Below, piece by piece: positions 13,075-21,200 of a DNA stretch of 64,000 bases. The DNA comes from Rhizobium sp. Q54 (GTDB lineage: Bacteria > Pseudomonadota > Alphaproteobacteria > Rickettsiales > UBA1997). The translations under genes and the position numbers were made by a program. How positions within the stretch are numbered: the stretch's first letter is position 1; every line of letters begins with the position of its first letter. Location of the stretch: positions 3,632 to 67,631 of the forward strand of contig CAMBXE010000002.1 of the NCBI GenBank assembly GCA_945871805.1, read 5' to 3'. The notes beneath the pieces were generated by a model that searched no databases, was not told the DNA's origin, and saw only the letters and a program-made list of their open reading frames with translations.

Positions 13075-14187
13075 TTGGACATCCCCCTTTCGCAAAGAAT
13101 TGAACAGTTGAATTGGTTGCTAATTTCGCTGATCACCACTCTCGCCTTCACCGGATTTTTAATGCTTTATTCCGCTGGTGGTGGCTCGTTTTATCCGTGG
13201 CTGATCAGGCAACTTACTTTTTTTTGCATCTTTTTTCCGCTGATGATTTTTATCGCGGTGACCGACATCAGAGTTTGGTTTCGCGCCTCTTATCTTTTTT
13301 ACGCGGTCGCACTGACGCTGATAATTATCGTCGACATAATGGGCCACAGCGCCATGGGTGCGACGAGGTGGTTTCGTATCGGGTCGCTAACAATTCAGCC
13401 GTCAGAAATCATGAAAGTGTGCCTGGTTCTTGCCCTTGCGCGCTATTTCTACAACACCGAAGCGAAAAATATCGGCAGCATAAAATTCGTAATTATGCCC
13501 TTACTGATGATTGCACTTCCGGCAGTTTTTATTTTTCACCAGCCAGATTTAGGCACGGCGATAATTTTGATTTTAGTTGGCGTATCGGTTTTATTTTTAG
13601 CTGGGGTAAGAATTTGGAAGTTCGTTTTAGTCGGCGTTTCAGCCTTAACTTTTTTGCCAGTCGCCTGGAATTTTTTGCTCTACGATTACCAGAAAAAACG
13701 CATTCTGACTTTTTTGAATCCTAACGAAGATCCTCTTGGCAGCGGTTACAACATCATTCAATCCAAGATCGCTATTGGCTCTGGAGGCGTGTTCGGCAAG
13801 GGCTATTTGAATGGCACACAAGGTCAGCTCAATTTTTTGCCAGAGAAGCAAACTGATTTTATTTTTACGATGCTTTCCGAAGAGCTCGGTTTCGCCGGCA
13901 GTGTTTTTACAATCGCGATTTATTGCGCGATCATTTTCATTTGCGCCAAAATCGCGATGAAATCGAAACATCAATTCGGGCGTTTAGTGACGGTCGGCGT
14001 GGCGAATATTTTTTTCGTTCACATGTTTATAAATATGGGAATGGTGACGGGAGTCCTTCCTGTTGTAGGCGCTCCACTTCCTTTTGTTTCCTACGGCGGC
14101 ACAATCATGGCCTCAATGATGATCGGATTTGGCTTGGTTCTTAATGCTGATTTGTATCACGCAGCTTCGTTGAACAGCAGAGCCTAA
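13075..14187 (+). CDS. rodA: SEDS-family peptidoglycan glycosyltransferase (RodA-like)
   Basis: 370 aa, multi-pass membrane protein with a TTG start. Motifs LMLYSAGG, GATRWFRIGSLTIQPSEIMK, QPDLGTAII and PFVSYGGT. The RodA versus FtsW call rests on motif flavour only. Confidence 0.7.
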   Translation: MDIPLSQRIEQLNWLLISLITTLAFTGFLMLYSAGGGSFYPWLIRQLTFFCIFFPLMIFIAVTDIRVWFRASYLFYAVALTLIIIVDIMGHSAMGATRWFRIGSLTIQPSEIMKVCLVLALARYFYNTEAKNIGSIKFVIMPLLMIALPAVFIFHQPDLGTAIILILVGVSVLFLAGVRIWKFVLVGVSALTFLPVAWNFLLYDYQKKRILTFLNPNEDPLGSGYNIIQSKIAIGSGGVFGKGYLNGTQGQLNFLPEKQTDFIFTMLSEELGFAGSVFTIAIYCAIIFICAKIAMKSKHQFGRLVTVGVANIFFVHMFINMGMVTGVLPVVGAPLPFVSYGGTIMASMMIGFGLVLNADLYHAASLNSRA

Positions 14188-14205
14188 AACTTTCGTTTTT
14201 TGGAA

Positions 14206-14284
14206 AGTTCGTCATTGCGAGCGTAGCGTGGCAATCCAGTTCGCGTCGAGATGGATTGCCACGCTACGCTCGCAATGACGAACT
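14206..14284. repeat. PAL-C palindromic repeat (cgtcattgcgagcgtagcgtggcaatccag ... ctggattgccacgctacgctcgcaatgacg)
   Basis: Perfect long inverted arms. Related copies are at 20669-20785, 21104-21200 and 57787-57873. The translated arm gives the familiar repeat-peptide ...ARNDG. Confidence 0.9.
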
Positions 14285-14470
14285 TAAACCCAGATCCGTC
14301 ATTAGAATCACGTCATTATCTCTACTAACCCTTAATTCTATTAACCTCGTTCTTTGCTCCTCTCCGTCAGCGTATGCAGGCTACGCTTCCGGTGCGGTGC
14401 TCGCCCGAGGTTAATAGAATCAAGGCTTAGCGAGATACTGTCGCAATTCTAATGACGGATCTGGGTTAAA
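14284..14470. mobile_element. MITE-D: 177-bp non-autonomous element with terminal inverted repeats and a 5-bp target duplication (TTAAA)
   Basis: The core at 14289-14465 starts cccagatccgtcattagaat and ends attctaatgacggatctggg. It is flanked by ttaaa at 14284-14288 and ttaaa at 14466-14470. A near-identical copy is at 54403-54579 and a truncated copy at 34444-34598. Confidence 0.85.
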
Positions 14471-14490
14471 ATGAGAGAGCGCTGCGCTAG

Positions 14491-15603
14491 TTACTCCACC
14501 TCCTCACTCACCACAAATTCTTCCAGCATTTTCATCTCTGCGGCTTTTTTTCCTTCGATCCCAAGTTCCGAAATATTTTTACCAATCGCCGTCGCGCGAT
14601 TGAGATTTTTTGCCAGTTTGTTATAGCCGATCAGGGCTTTATTCATCGATCTTCCCAGCTCACTCGATTCCTTCACGATCATCACCAGTGCATCCAGAAG
14701 TTTGCGCATTTCCACTTTTAGAATTTCGATATTTTTCTCCTGCTTAACGCGATCAACGACGAATTTTACGTTGGATAAAAGATGCATTAAAACAACCGGC
14801 GTGGCGACAATTATTCCAGCTTCAAAAGCATTTTGTTCGAAAGTGCTGTCGGCTTTTTTTAACACTTCGAGCATCTGCTCAGTTTGTAAAAACATCACCA
14901 GAAAAATTTTGTAATCGGATGAATTTTTGGTGCGCAATTCATCGAAGAGAAAATTGGCGTAATCCTTGCGCTTCAAGTCTTCAAGGTGTCGTCGAAATTT
15001 GGTTTTAATCTTGCCTAAAATCTCTTTTTTCTCTTCGTCATTTTGCGCTTCGGCAAGCTCTAAAAAGTGCGGAGAAGACTTGCTGTCGATGACGATAATT
15101 TGATTGTCGGGCAAAAATAAAATTGCGTCGGGACGCTTTGCTTCAGTGCCCAAATTCGATCCAAAATGTGACTGCAAAATGTAGTCGCCAACTGAAGTGA
15201 GTGTTTCTTTTTCGAGAAGATTCGAGCTCTTCAAAATATTTTCCAAAGTGATTTCGGCCGTGCGCCCAGCGCCTCCGGGGCTAAGCAACGCATTTTTAGT
15301 TTTGTTAATTTCGGCAGAAGATTTTTTTACTTCTTCATCAAGCGCGTGAAGTTTTGCGGTGACGCTTTCAAAAGTTTTAAATAAATTTTCGTTAAAAATA
15401 TTTTGCTGCTCGCTGTTTTTGCCGCGCAAATTTTCTGAAAGCTGCAGCAATTCTTTTTCTTTTTCGTTGCGTAAAAAATTTATTTCATTTTCAGCGCGAT
15501 CAAGCTGGCCGCGACTTAGTGACGATTTCTGTTTTTCTTGTGCTAAAAAATAAAGAGAGACGAAGAGGGCAAAAAAAGAGATTAGAGCTAGGGCTGTCAA
15601 CAT
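14491..15603 (-). CDS. rmuC: DNA recombination protein RmuC
   Basis: N-terminal TM helix, coiled coil, and the RmuC nuclease-like block RPDAILFLPDNQIIVIDSKSS. The ATG at 15603 is preferred; the ORF track uses a TTG at 15654. Confidence 0.85.
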   Translation of the reverse strand: MLTALALISFFALFVSLYFLAQEKQKSSLSRGQLDRAENEINFLRNEKEKELLQLSENLRGKNSEQQNIFNENLFKTFESVTAKLHALDEEVKKSSAEINKTKNALLSPGGAGRTAEITLENILKSSNLLEKETLTSVGDYILQSHFGSNLGTEAKRPDAILFLPDNQIIVIDSKSSPHFLELAEAQNDEEKKEILGKIKTKFRRHLEDLKRKDYANFLFDELRTKNSSDYKIFLVMFLQTEQMLEVLKKADSTFEQNAFEAGIIVATPVVLMHLLSNVKFVVDRVKQEKNIEILKVEMRKLLDALVMIVKESSELGRSMNKALIGYNKLAKNLNRATAIGKNISELGIEGKKAAEMKMLEEFVVSEEVE

Positions 15604-15656
15604 TGTATTTCGAAAATCGGTTACTAGGTTTTGGGCGAATTTTATTTTCTCCAATC

Positions 15657-18011
15657 ATGACGCAACAACAGCAACCGCAACCACAAATTTTTCACGCTTT
15701 GCCTTTGCGCGATGTGGTAATTTTTCCGCAGATGACGACAACAATTTTGGTTGGTCGTGAGAAGTCAGTGAACTCGATTGAAGACGCTAGGCGCCTAGGT
15801 TTACCGGTTTTAGCAGTTACACAAACCAACCCCGATCTCGACGAGTTCGACGAAAAAAATATTCACCGCACAGGTACCCTTTGCAGCATCGTTGAAGCGA
15901 TCCGAACTGTTGACGGAACTTTCAAAGTTATCCTTCAGGGTTTGGTGCGCGCGCGCATCAGAAAAATTAGCGTCGCCGAGAAATTTTTTACTTGCGAAGC
16001 TGACATTATTCTCGAGCAAAAAATCAACACCGACACTAACGAAACTCTCGGATTGATCAAAGCCTGCATCGACAATTTCGCCAAATATGCCGCTTTCAAC
16101 AAGCGCATCACTCCGGAAATTTTAGCTTCGGTTGCCAAATTGCGCGCGCCGCATGAGATAATTTATATGATCGCGACCTATATCAGTGGCTCGCTTGCGA
16201 ATAAACAAAAAATTCTCGACGAAGATGACATCACGCAGAAATTTTTTAAATTACTCGAAATCATAAAATCTGAAATCGAGATCGGACAAGCCGAAGAGCG
16301 CATTAATAAATCGGTCCAAGAAAAATTTACCAAACATCAAAAAGAAGTTTATCTGCACGAGCAGATGAAAAATATTAAGAAGGAACTTGGGCAAGATGAA
16401 GAGGCCGAGACCAAAGAGATCAAGGAGAAATTGGCTCGTTTGAAGCTGCCAAAAGAAGCGCGAAAGAAATGCGACAGCGAGTTGAATAAGCTTGAAAAAA
16501 TGAACCCATTTTCTTCGGAATCTGGCGTGGTTCGTAATTATCTTGAATGGATTTGTGCGCTGCCTTGGACAAAAAGAAGTAAGCTTGGCGCAGATCTGGC
16601 GCATGCTAAGAAAATTTTAGACAAGCATCATTACGGCTTAGAAAAAGTGAAAGAGCGCATCATCGAATTCATTGCGGTGCAAATGAAGACGAAAGATTCT
16701 AAGGGCCCGATCCTTTGTCTTGTTGGCGCGCCAGGCGTTGGCAAAACTTCACTCGCTAAGTCAATCGCGGAAAGTTTGGGCAGAAAATATGTAAAAGTTT
16801 CGCTCGGCGGCGTGCGCGATGAATCTGAAATTCGTGGCCACCGACGCACTTACATCGGCTCTATGCCTGGTCGCATCATTCAATCGATGCGTAAGGCAGA
16901 AAGAATAAATCCATTAATGTTGCTCGATGAGATCGATAAAATGTCACACGATTTTCGTGGCGATCCGGCCTCGGCGTTGCTAGAGGTTCTAGATCCTGAG
17001 CAGAATTGTAATTTCTCCGATCACTATCTTGAGGTCGATTATGATTTATCGAAAGTGATGTTCGTTGCGACGGCCAACAGTCTTTCAACAATTCCTATTC
17101 CACTGCGCGACCGCATGGAAATCATTCAACTTTCGGGCTACACCGAAAATGAAAAACTGCACATCGCCAAACAACATCTGCTTTCAAGGCAGCGCAAAGA
17201 TAACGGTTTGCATGCTAATGAATTTTCGATTTCTGACGAGGCGATTTTGACCTTGATTCGTCGCTACACCTTCGAGGCCGGCGTGCGTAATTTGAGTCGC
17301 GAGATTGCAAATCTAGCGCGCAAAACAGCAAAGGTAATTGTGACTAAAGAGGCGGATGCTTTGCACATTACCACAGAGAATTTGCGTAAATATGCTGGCG
17401 TCGAAAAGAAGCATTTTGGCATCGCACGCGAGCATGATTTGATTGGGATCACGACCGGCCTTGCTTACACTGAATATGGCGGAGATTTGCTCGATATTGA
17501 AGCGCTGAAATTTGAAGGTAGTGGAAAAATTCAAGTTACCGGCAGGCTTGGCGAAGTAATGAAGGAATCAGCGCAGGCGGCACTCAGTTACGTGAGATCT
17601 ATCGCCAAACAATTCAAAATTGATGCCAAGCAATTCAACAAATACGACTTTCACATTCACGTTCCTGAGGGCGCGACACCCAAGGACGGGCCTTCAGCCG
17701 GCGTGGCTTTGTGCGTTTCTCTAGTTTCAGTTTTAAGCGAAAGACCTGTGCGCAAAGATATTGCGATGACTGGCGAAATAACTCTCTCGGGAAAAGTTTT
17801 AGAAATCGGTGGCCTGAAGGAAAAATTACTTGCCGCACTACGCGGTCAAATCAAGACGGTGTTGATCCCGCAAGCTAACGAGAAAGATCTTGAAGACATG
17901 CCAAAAGAAGTTTTGGACAGTCTGGAAATTAAACCAATCGCACACATTAGTGAAGCGCTTGAGGAGTGTTTGAAGGCGCCGAAAGCTGATCGCCACAAGA
18001 AAAATGTCTAA
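15657..18011 (+). CDS. lon: ATP-dependent protease Lon
   Basis: Start moved to the ATG at 15657 (MTQQQQPQPQIFHALPLRDVVIFP). Walker A GAPGVGKTS, Walker B LLDEIDK, and protease motif PKDGPSAG. Confidence 0.95.
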   Translation: MTQQQQPQPQIFHALPLRDVVIFPQMTTTILVGREKSVNSIEDARRLGLPVLAVTQTNPDLDEFDEKNIHRTGTLCSIVEAIRTVDGTFKVILQGLVRARIRKISVAEKFFTCEADIILEQKINTDTNETLGLIKACIDNFAKYAAFNKRITPEILASVAKLRAPHEIIYMIATYISGSLANKQKILDEDDITQKFFKLLEIIKSEIEIGQAEERINKSVQEKFTKHQKEVYLHEQMKNIKKELGQDEEAETKEIKEKLARLKLPKEARKKCDSELNKLEKMNPFSSESGVVRNYLEWICALPWTKRSKLGADLAHAKKILDKHHYGLEKVKERIIEFIAVQMKTKDSKGPILCLVGAPGVGKTSLAKSIAESLGRKYVKVSLGGVRDESEIRGHRRTYIGSMPGRIIQSMRKAERINPLMLLDEIDKMSHDFRGDPASALLEVLDPEQNCNFSDHYLEVDYDLSKVMFVATANSLSTIPIPLRDRMEIIQLSGYTENEKLHIAKQHLLSRQRKDNGLHANEFSISDEAILTLIRRYTFEAGVRNLSREIANLARKTAKVIVTKEADALHITTENLRKYAGVEKKHFGIAREHDLIGITTGLAYTEYGGDLLDIEALKFEGSGKIQVTGRLGEVMKESAQAALSYVRSIAKQFKIDAKQFNKYDFHIHVPEGATPKDGPSAGVALCVSLVSVLSERPVRKDIAMTGEITLSGKVLEIGGLKEKLLAALRGQIKTVLIPQANEKDLEDMPKEVLDSLEIKPIAHISEALEECLKAPKADRHKKNV

Positions 18012-18570
18012 GCAGATTCACATCATTGCCGGACCAAATGGCGCCGGAAAAACATCGCATGCGCGCGTTGCTCTGTTGCCAGATTTTTTAGGCAGTAATG
18101 AATTTGTGAATGCTGATGAAATAGCAAAAATTCTTTCTCCGGAAAATCCGGGAAAATCAGCGATTGAGGCGGGTCGCCTGATGTTGAAGAGAATGGATTT
18201 TCTGATTGAAGGCGGCAGAAGCTTCGCTCTTGAGACCACTCTGTCTGCGAAGATTTACGTTAATTTTATCAAAAAAGTTCAGAGCACCGGCTACAAGGTG
18301 AACCTGATTTTTCTGAAATTAGAAAGCGCAGAGCTTGCAAGAATAAGGGTCGGGGTTAGAGTAAATAAGGGCGGACACAATATTGAGCCGGAAGTAATCG
18401 AGCGCAGATTTCGCAGAGGTTTGGATAATTTAAAAATTTATCTCGATATTGTTGATACCGCCTCGATCTATGAGGCGAGCGGTCACGACCTAGTAGAAAT
18501 TGCCACAAAAAGTGAAGGCCAACTCACAATTCTTAACGAAAAATTCTGGAGGGAAATTTATGGGCAGTAA
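18004..18570 (+). CDS. zeta-toxin-like P-loop kinase/ATPase (COG4185-type)
   Basis: 188 aa with IIAGPNGAGKTS near the N-terminus and the size and pattern of the zeta/AAA_33 family. Its ATG overlaps the lon stop by 8 nt. Confidence 0.6.
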   Translation: MSKQIHIIAGPNGAGKTSHARVALLPDFLGSNEFVNADEIAKILSPENPGKSAIEAGRLMLKRMDFLIEGGRSFALETTLSAKIYVNFIKKVQSTGYKVNLIFLKLESAELARIRVGVRVNKGGHNIEPEVIERRFRRGLDNLKIYLDIVDTASIYEASGHDLVEIATKSEGQLTILNEKFWREIYGQ

Positions 18571-18928
18571 CGAAATTCTAAAAAGAACCGAAGAAGGAAT
18601 GAAGGAAGGGCACAAGGTTTTGATCCGAGAATTAATTCGCGATCTCGAAGAAAAAGGTATTACTCCAGCTTGGTCGATAGATGGAAAAATAAGAAAATTG
18701 CGCGTCGCAAATGGCAGCGAGGTAAAAGATTTTGATCAGGAATTAAAACAGCACGGGCTAGATAAATCTGATTTTTGTTTACTTGAAGATGATGTCGCTA
18801 AAGCCGCCGTCTCGAGCATTATTTTAATTCACAAAAAATCCGCCAAAGTAAGAACCTACGAGGCCGGTAACGGTAGTCACTGGGTTTTGGACCTTCATCT
18901 CGATCTCAAAAATAAGCTCTTCGGCTAA
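18560..18928 (+). CDS. hypothetical protein (122 aa), overlapping the end of the zeta-like gene
   Basis: The in-frame ATG at 18560 (MGSNEILKRTEEG...) overlaps the upstream stop by 11 nt. I recognise no motif. Confidence 0.4.
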   Translation: MGSNEILKRTEEGMKEGHKVLIRELIRDLEEKGITPAWSIDGKIRKLRVANGSEVKDFDQELKQHGLDKSDFCLLEDDVAKAAVSSIILIHKKSAKVRTYEAGNGSHWVLDLHLDLKNKLFG

Positions 18929-18940
18929 CATTTTCTTCAC

Positions 18941-20659
18941 ATGCAAAATAACAATAAAAACACGCTTTTAGCGGTAAGTCTTTCTGTCGCAATTTTACTA
19001 GGCTGGACTTGGCTTTATGAAAAGCCGCGCATCGAACAAAAAGAGGTGGCACAGCAAAAGGTTAGAGAGATTCAAGCTATTGAAAGCAAGGCTCCGACGC
19101 TAGCGAGTAAAAAAATTCAGGAAGCAATTGTGGCGACAAAAAGTCGCGACGAATCACTCGCTGAAAGCAAAAATCTACGCGTTAGAATTTCTAACGAATT
19201 GCTGCACGGATCGGTGTCGCTCAAGGGTGCGCGCTTCGACGATCTGACTCTCGCCAACTATTTCGAAACTACGGAGCATAAAAAAGAGGTCGCGCTTTTT
19301 GCGCCGGCAGAAAGTAAAGAAAGATATTTTGCTGACTTCGGCTGGATCAGCTCAAACGCTGGCCTAGAGCTGCCTAACCCCGATACAATTTGGAAGAGTG
19401 ATGACGCAAAATTAACGCCACAAAGTCCAGTTACGCTTTCGTGGAAAAGTAAGCAAGGCGTCGAGTTTTTTATCAAATTAACGCTCGACGAGAATTATAT
19501 GTTCTCGATTACACAGTCGGTTAAAAATAATTCCAAACAGGAATTAACCCTCGCCAGCTATGGTCGCATAAATCGCGCTTTGAACGATGTTCGGGACTCA
19601 AATTTCATTTTACACGAAGGCATGATCGCCGCTTTTGGTGGGGTATTGCAGGAAGTGAATTACAAAAAAATGCTCAAGGAAAAGAAGCTCGAATTTCAAG
19701 ATTCTGGAGAAAATGGAAGTTGGCTTGGTATCACTGATAAATATTGGCTAAGTGCCATGGTGCCAGACAAGGCGCTGGCTTACGGTGCTAGCTTTTCTCA
19801 TCGCATGAGTAACCAGCGCACATTTTTTGATTCAGAATTTATCGGCCAAGAATTTAAAATTGCGGCTGGGGATGAATTAAATTTCACTCACCATCTTTTT
19901 GCCGGAGCAAAGCACGTGAGACTTCTCGACCAATATGCAAAAGATTTTGATCTCAAACTTTTTGACCGCGCCATTGATTTTGGTTGGTTTTATTTCCTCA
20001 CCAAGCCGTTCTTTTTCATCATTGAATTTTTAAGTAAATTCTTAGGAAATTTCGGTTTAGCAATTTTGGCGATGACGGTTCTAGTCAAGCTGGCTTTGTT
20101 TCCGATGGCTAATAAATCTTATCTCGCAATTGCAAAAATTAAAAAATTGCAGCCAAAAATTGAGGCGCTGCGAGTAAAAAATAAAGGCGACAAACTTGCG
20201 ATTCATCGCGAGATAATGGAGCTCTACAAAAAGGAAAAAGTGAATCCGGCCTCGGGTTGCTTGCCGGTGTTAATTCAAATCCCGGTTTTCTTCGCGCTTT
20301 ACAAAGTTTTGTTCGTGACTCTCGACATGCGCCAGGCTTCGTTTTACGGCTGGATCCACGATCTCTCTGCGCCAGATCCAACTTCAGTTTTTAATCTATT
20401 TGGCTTGCTGCCTTTCGAAGTTTCGGGCCCACTCGTCATCGGCGTTTGGCCGATCTTGATGGGGGTTACGATGATCCTGCAACAGAAGCTCAGCCCCGCT
20501 TCGACAGATCCAACCCAAACAATGATTCTGCGCTGGATGCCTTACGTCCTAACTTTCGTTCTCGCTGCATTCCCTGCAGGCTTGGTGATTTATTGGACGT
20601 GGAGCAACGCGCTATCGATCTTGCAGCAGTGGGTGATTATGAGAAGAGTCAGCAAATAG
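18941..20659 (+). CDS. yidC: membrane protein insertase YidC
   Basis: 572 aa. N-terminal TM helix, large periplasmic domain, and conserved C-terminal core (GLAILAMTVLVKLALFP, NPASGCLPVLIQIPVFFALY). Confidence 0.95.
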   Translation: MQNNNKNTLLAVSLSVAILLGWTWLYEKPRIEQKEVAQQKVREIQAIESKAPTLASKKIQEAIVATKSRDESLAESKNLRVRISNELLHGSVSLKGARFDDLTLANYFETTEHKKEVALFAPAESKERYFADFGWISSNAGLELPNPDTIWKSDDAKLTPQSPVTLSWKSKQGVEFFIKLTLDENYMFSITQSVKNNSKQELTLASYGRINRALNDVRDSNFILHEGMIAAFGGVLQEVNYKKMLKEKKLEFQDSGENGSWLGITDKYWLSAMVPDKALAYGASFSHRMSNQRTFFDSEFIGQEFKIAAGDELNFTHHLFAGAKHVRLLDQYAKDFDLKLFDRAIDFGWFYFLTKPFFFIIEFLSKFLGNFGLAILAMTVLVKLALFPMANKSYLAIAKIKKLQPKIEALRVKNKGDKLAIHREIMELYKKEKVNPASGCLPVLIQIPVFFALYKVLFVTLDMRQASFYGWIHDLSAPDPTSVFNLFGLLPFEVSGPLVIGVWPILMGVTMILQQKLSPASTDPTQTMILRWMPYVLTFVLAAFPAGLVIYWTWSNALSILQQWVIMRRVSK

Positions 20660-20668
20660 ATTTTATAG

Positions 20669-20785
20669 TTCGTCATTGCGAGCGTAGAGAAGCAATCCAT
20701 CTGCCAACACACTGGATCGCCACGCTTCGCTCGCGATGACACAACTTTCGTCATCGCGAGGAGCGTAGCGACGCGGCAATCCAGA
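20669..20785. repeat. PAL-C: one complete palindrome (20669-20740) plus a solitary left arm (20748-20785)
   Basis: The palindrome reads ttcgtcattgcgagcgtagagaagcaatcca ... tggatcgccacgcttcgctcgcgatgac. It is followed by tcgtcatcgcgaggagcgtagcgacgcggcaatccaga. Confidence 0.9.
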
Positions 20786-20804
20786 AAGTAAACCAGTACA
20801 CACC

Positions 20805-21098
20805 ATGTACCAAAAACAACCAGCCATCTACATTCTTGCCAGCAAGCGCAACGGAACTCTGTATGTCGGAGTTACTTCAAATTTAGCGCAAAGAATTTTT
20901 GAACATAGAAACCATCTCATCACGGGATTTACCTCGAAATATCACTGCGGCATTTTGGTCTATTACGAGATTTTTGAGGATATGACGAATGCGATTGCCA
21001 GAGAGAAGCAGATAAAGTCAGGCTCTAGAACTAAGAAGGTAAAGCTAATCGAGGATTTCAACTTGGATTGGCAGGATTTATACCAATCGATATTGTGA
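20805..21098 (+). CDS. GIY-YIG nuclease family protein (UPF0213/COG2827-like)
   Basis: 97 aa with AIYILASKRNGTLYVGVTSNLAQRIFEHR ... REKQIK, i.e. the GIY...YVG, R, E and N-type core of small GIY-YIG proteins. Confidence 0.85.
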   Translation: MYQKQPAIYILASKRNGTLYVGVTSNLAQRIFEHRNHLITGFTSKYHCGILVYYEIFEDMTNAIAREKQIKSGSRTKKVKLIEDFNLDWQDLYQSIL

Positions 21099-21103
21099 CA
21101 AGA

Positions 21104-21200
21104 TGGATCGCCACGCTGCGCTCGCGATGACGAGCGTCCCCCCCCGAGCGCTCTCTTTCTATCCGTCATTGCGAGGAGCGTAGCGACGCGGCAATCCAGA
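21104..21200. repeat. PAL-C: a right arm (21104-21132) and a further left arm (21164-21200)
   Basis: The right arm is tggatcgccacgctgcgctcgcgatgacg. The left arm is cgtcattgcgaggagcgtagcgacgcggcaatccaga. Confidence 0.9.

Noticed and set aside
13113..13724. 203-aa ORF overlapping rodA in another frame (and similar overlapping ORFs at 13159-13347 and 13645-13974)
   Set aside because: It lies entirely inside a well-supported SEDS membrane-protein gene. Its Arg/His-rich, low-complexity translation is typical of an off-frame read.
15519..15656. 46-codon N-terminal extension of lon overlapping rmuC
   Set aside because: Lon homology (PLRDVVIFP) begins right after the ATG at 15657. The extension overlaps the divergent rmuC gene.
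20446..20739. 97-aa ORF ending in HCERREAIHLPTHWIATLRSR
   Set aside because: It is an off-frame read of the yidC 3' end that continues into a PAL-C repeat. This is the typical repeat-peptide artefact.
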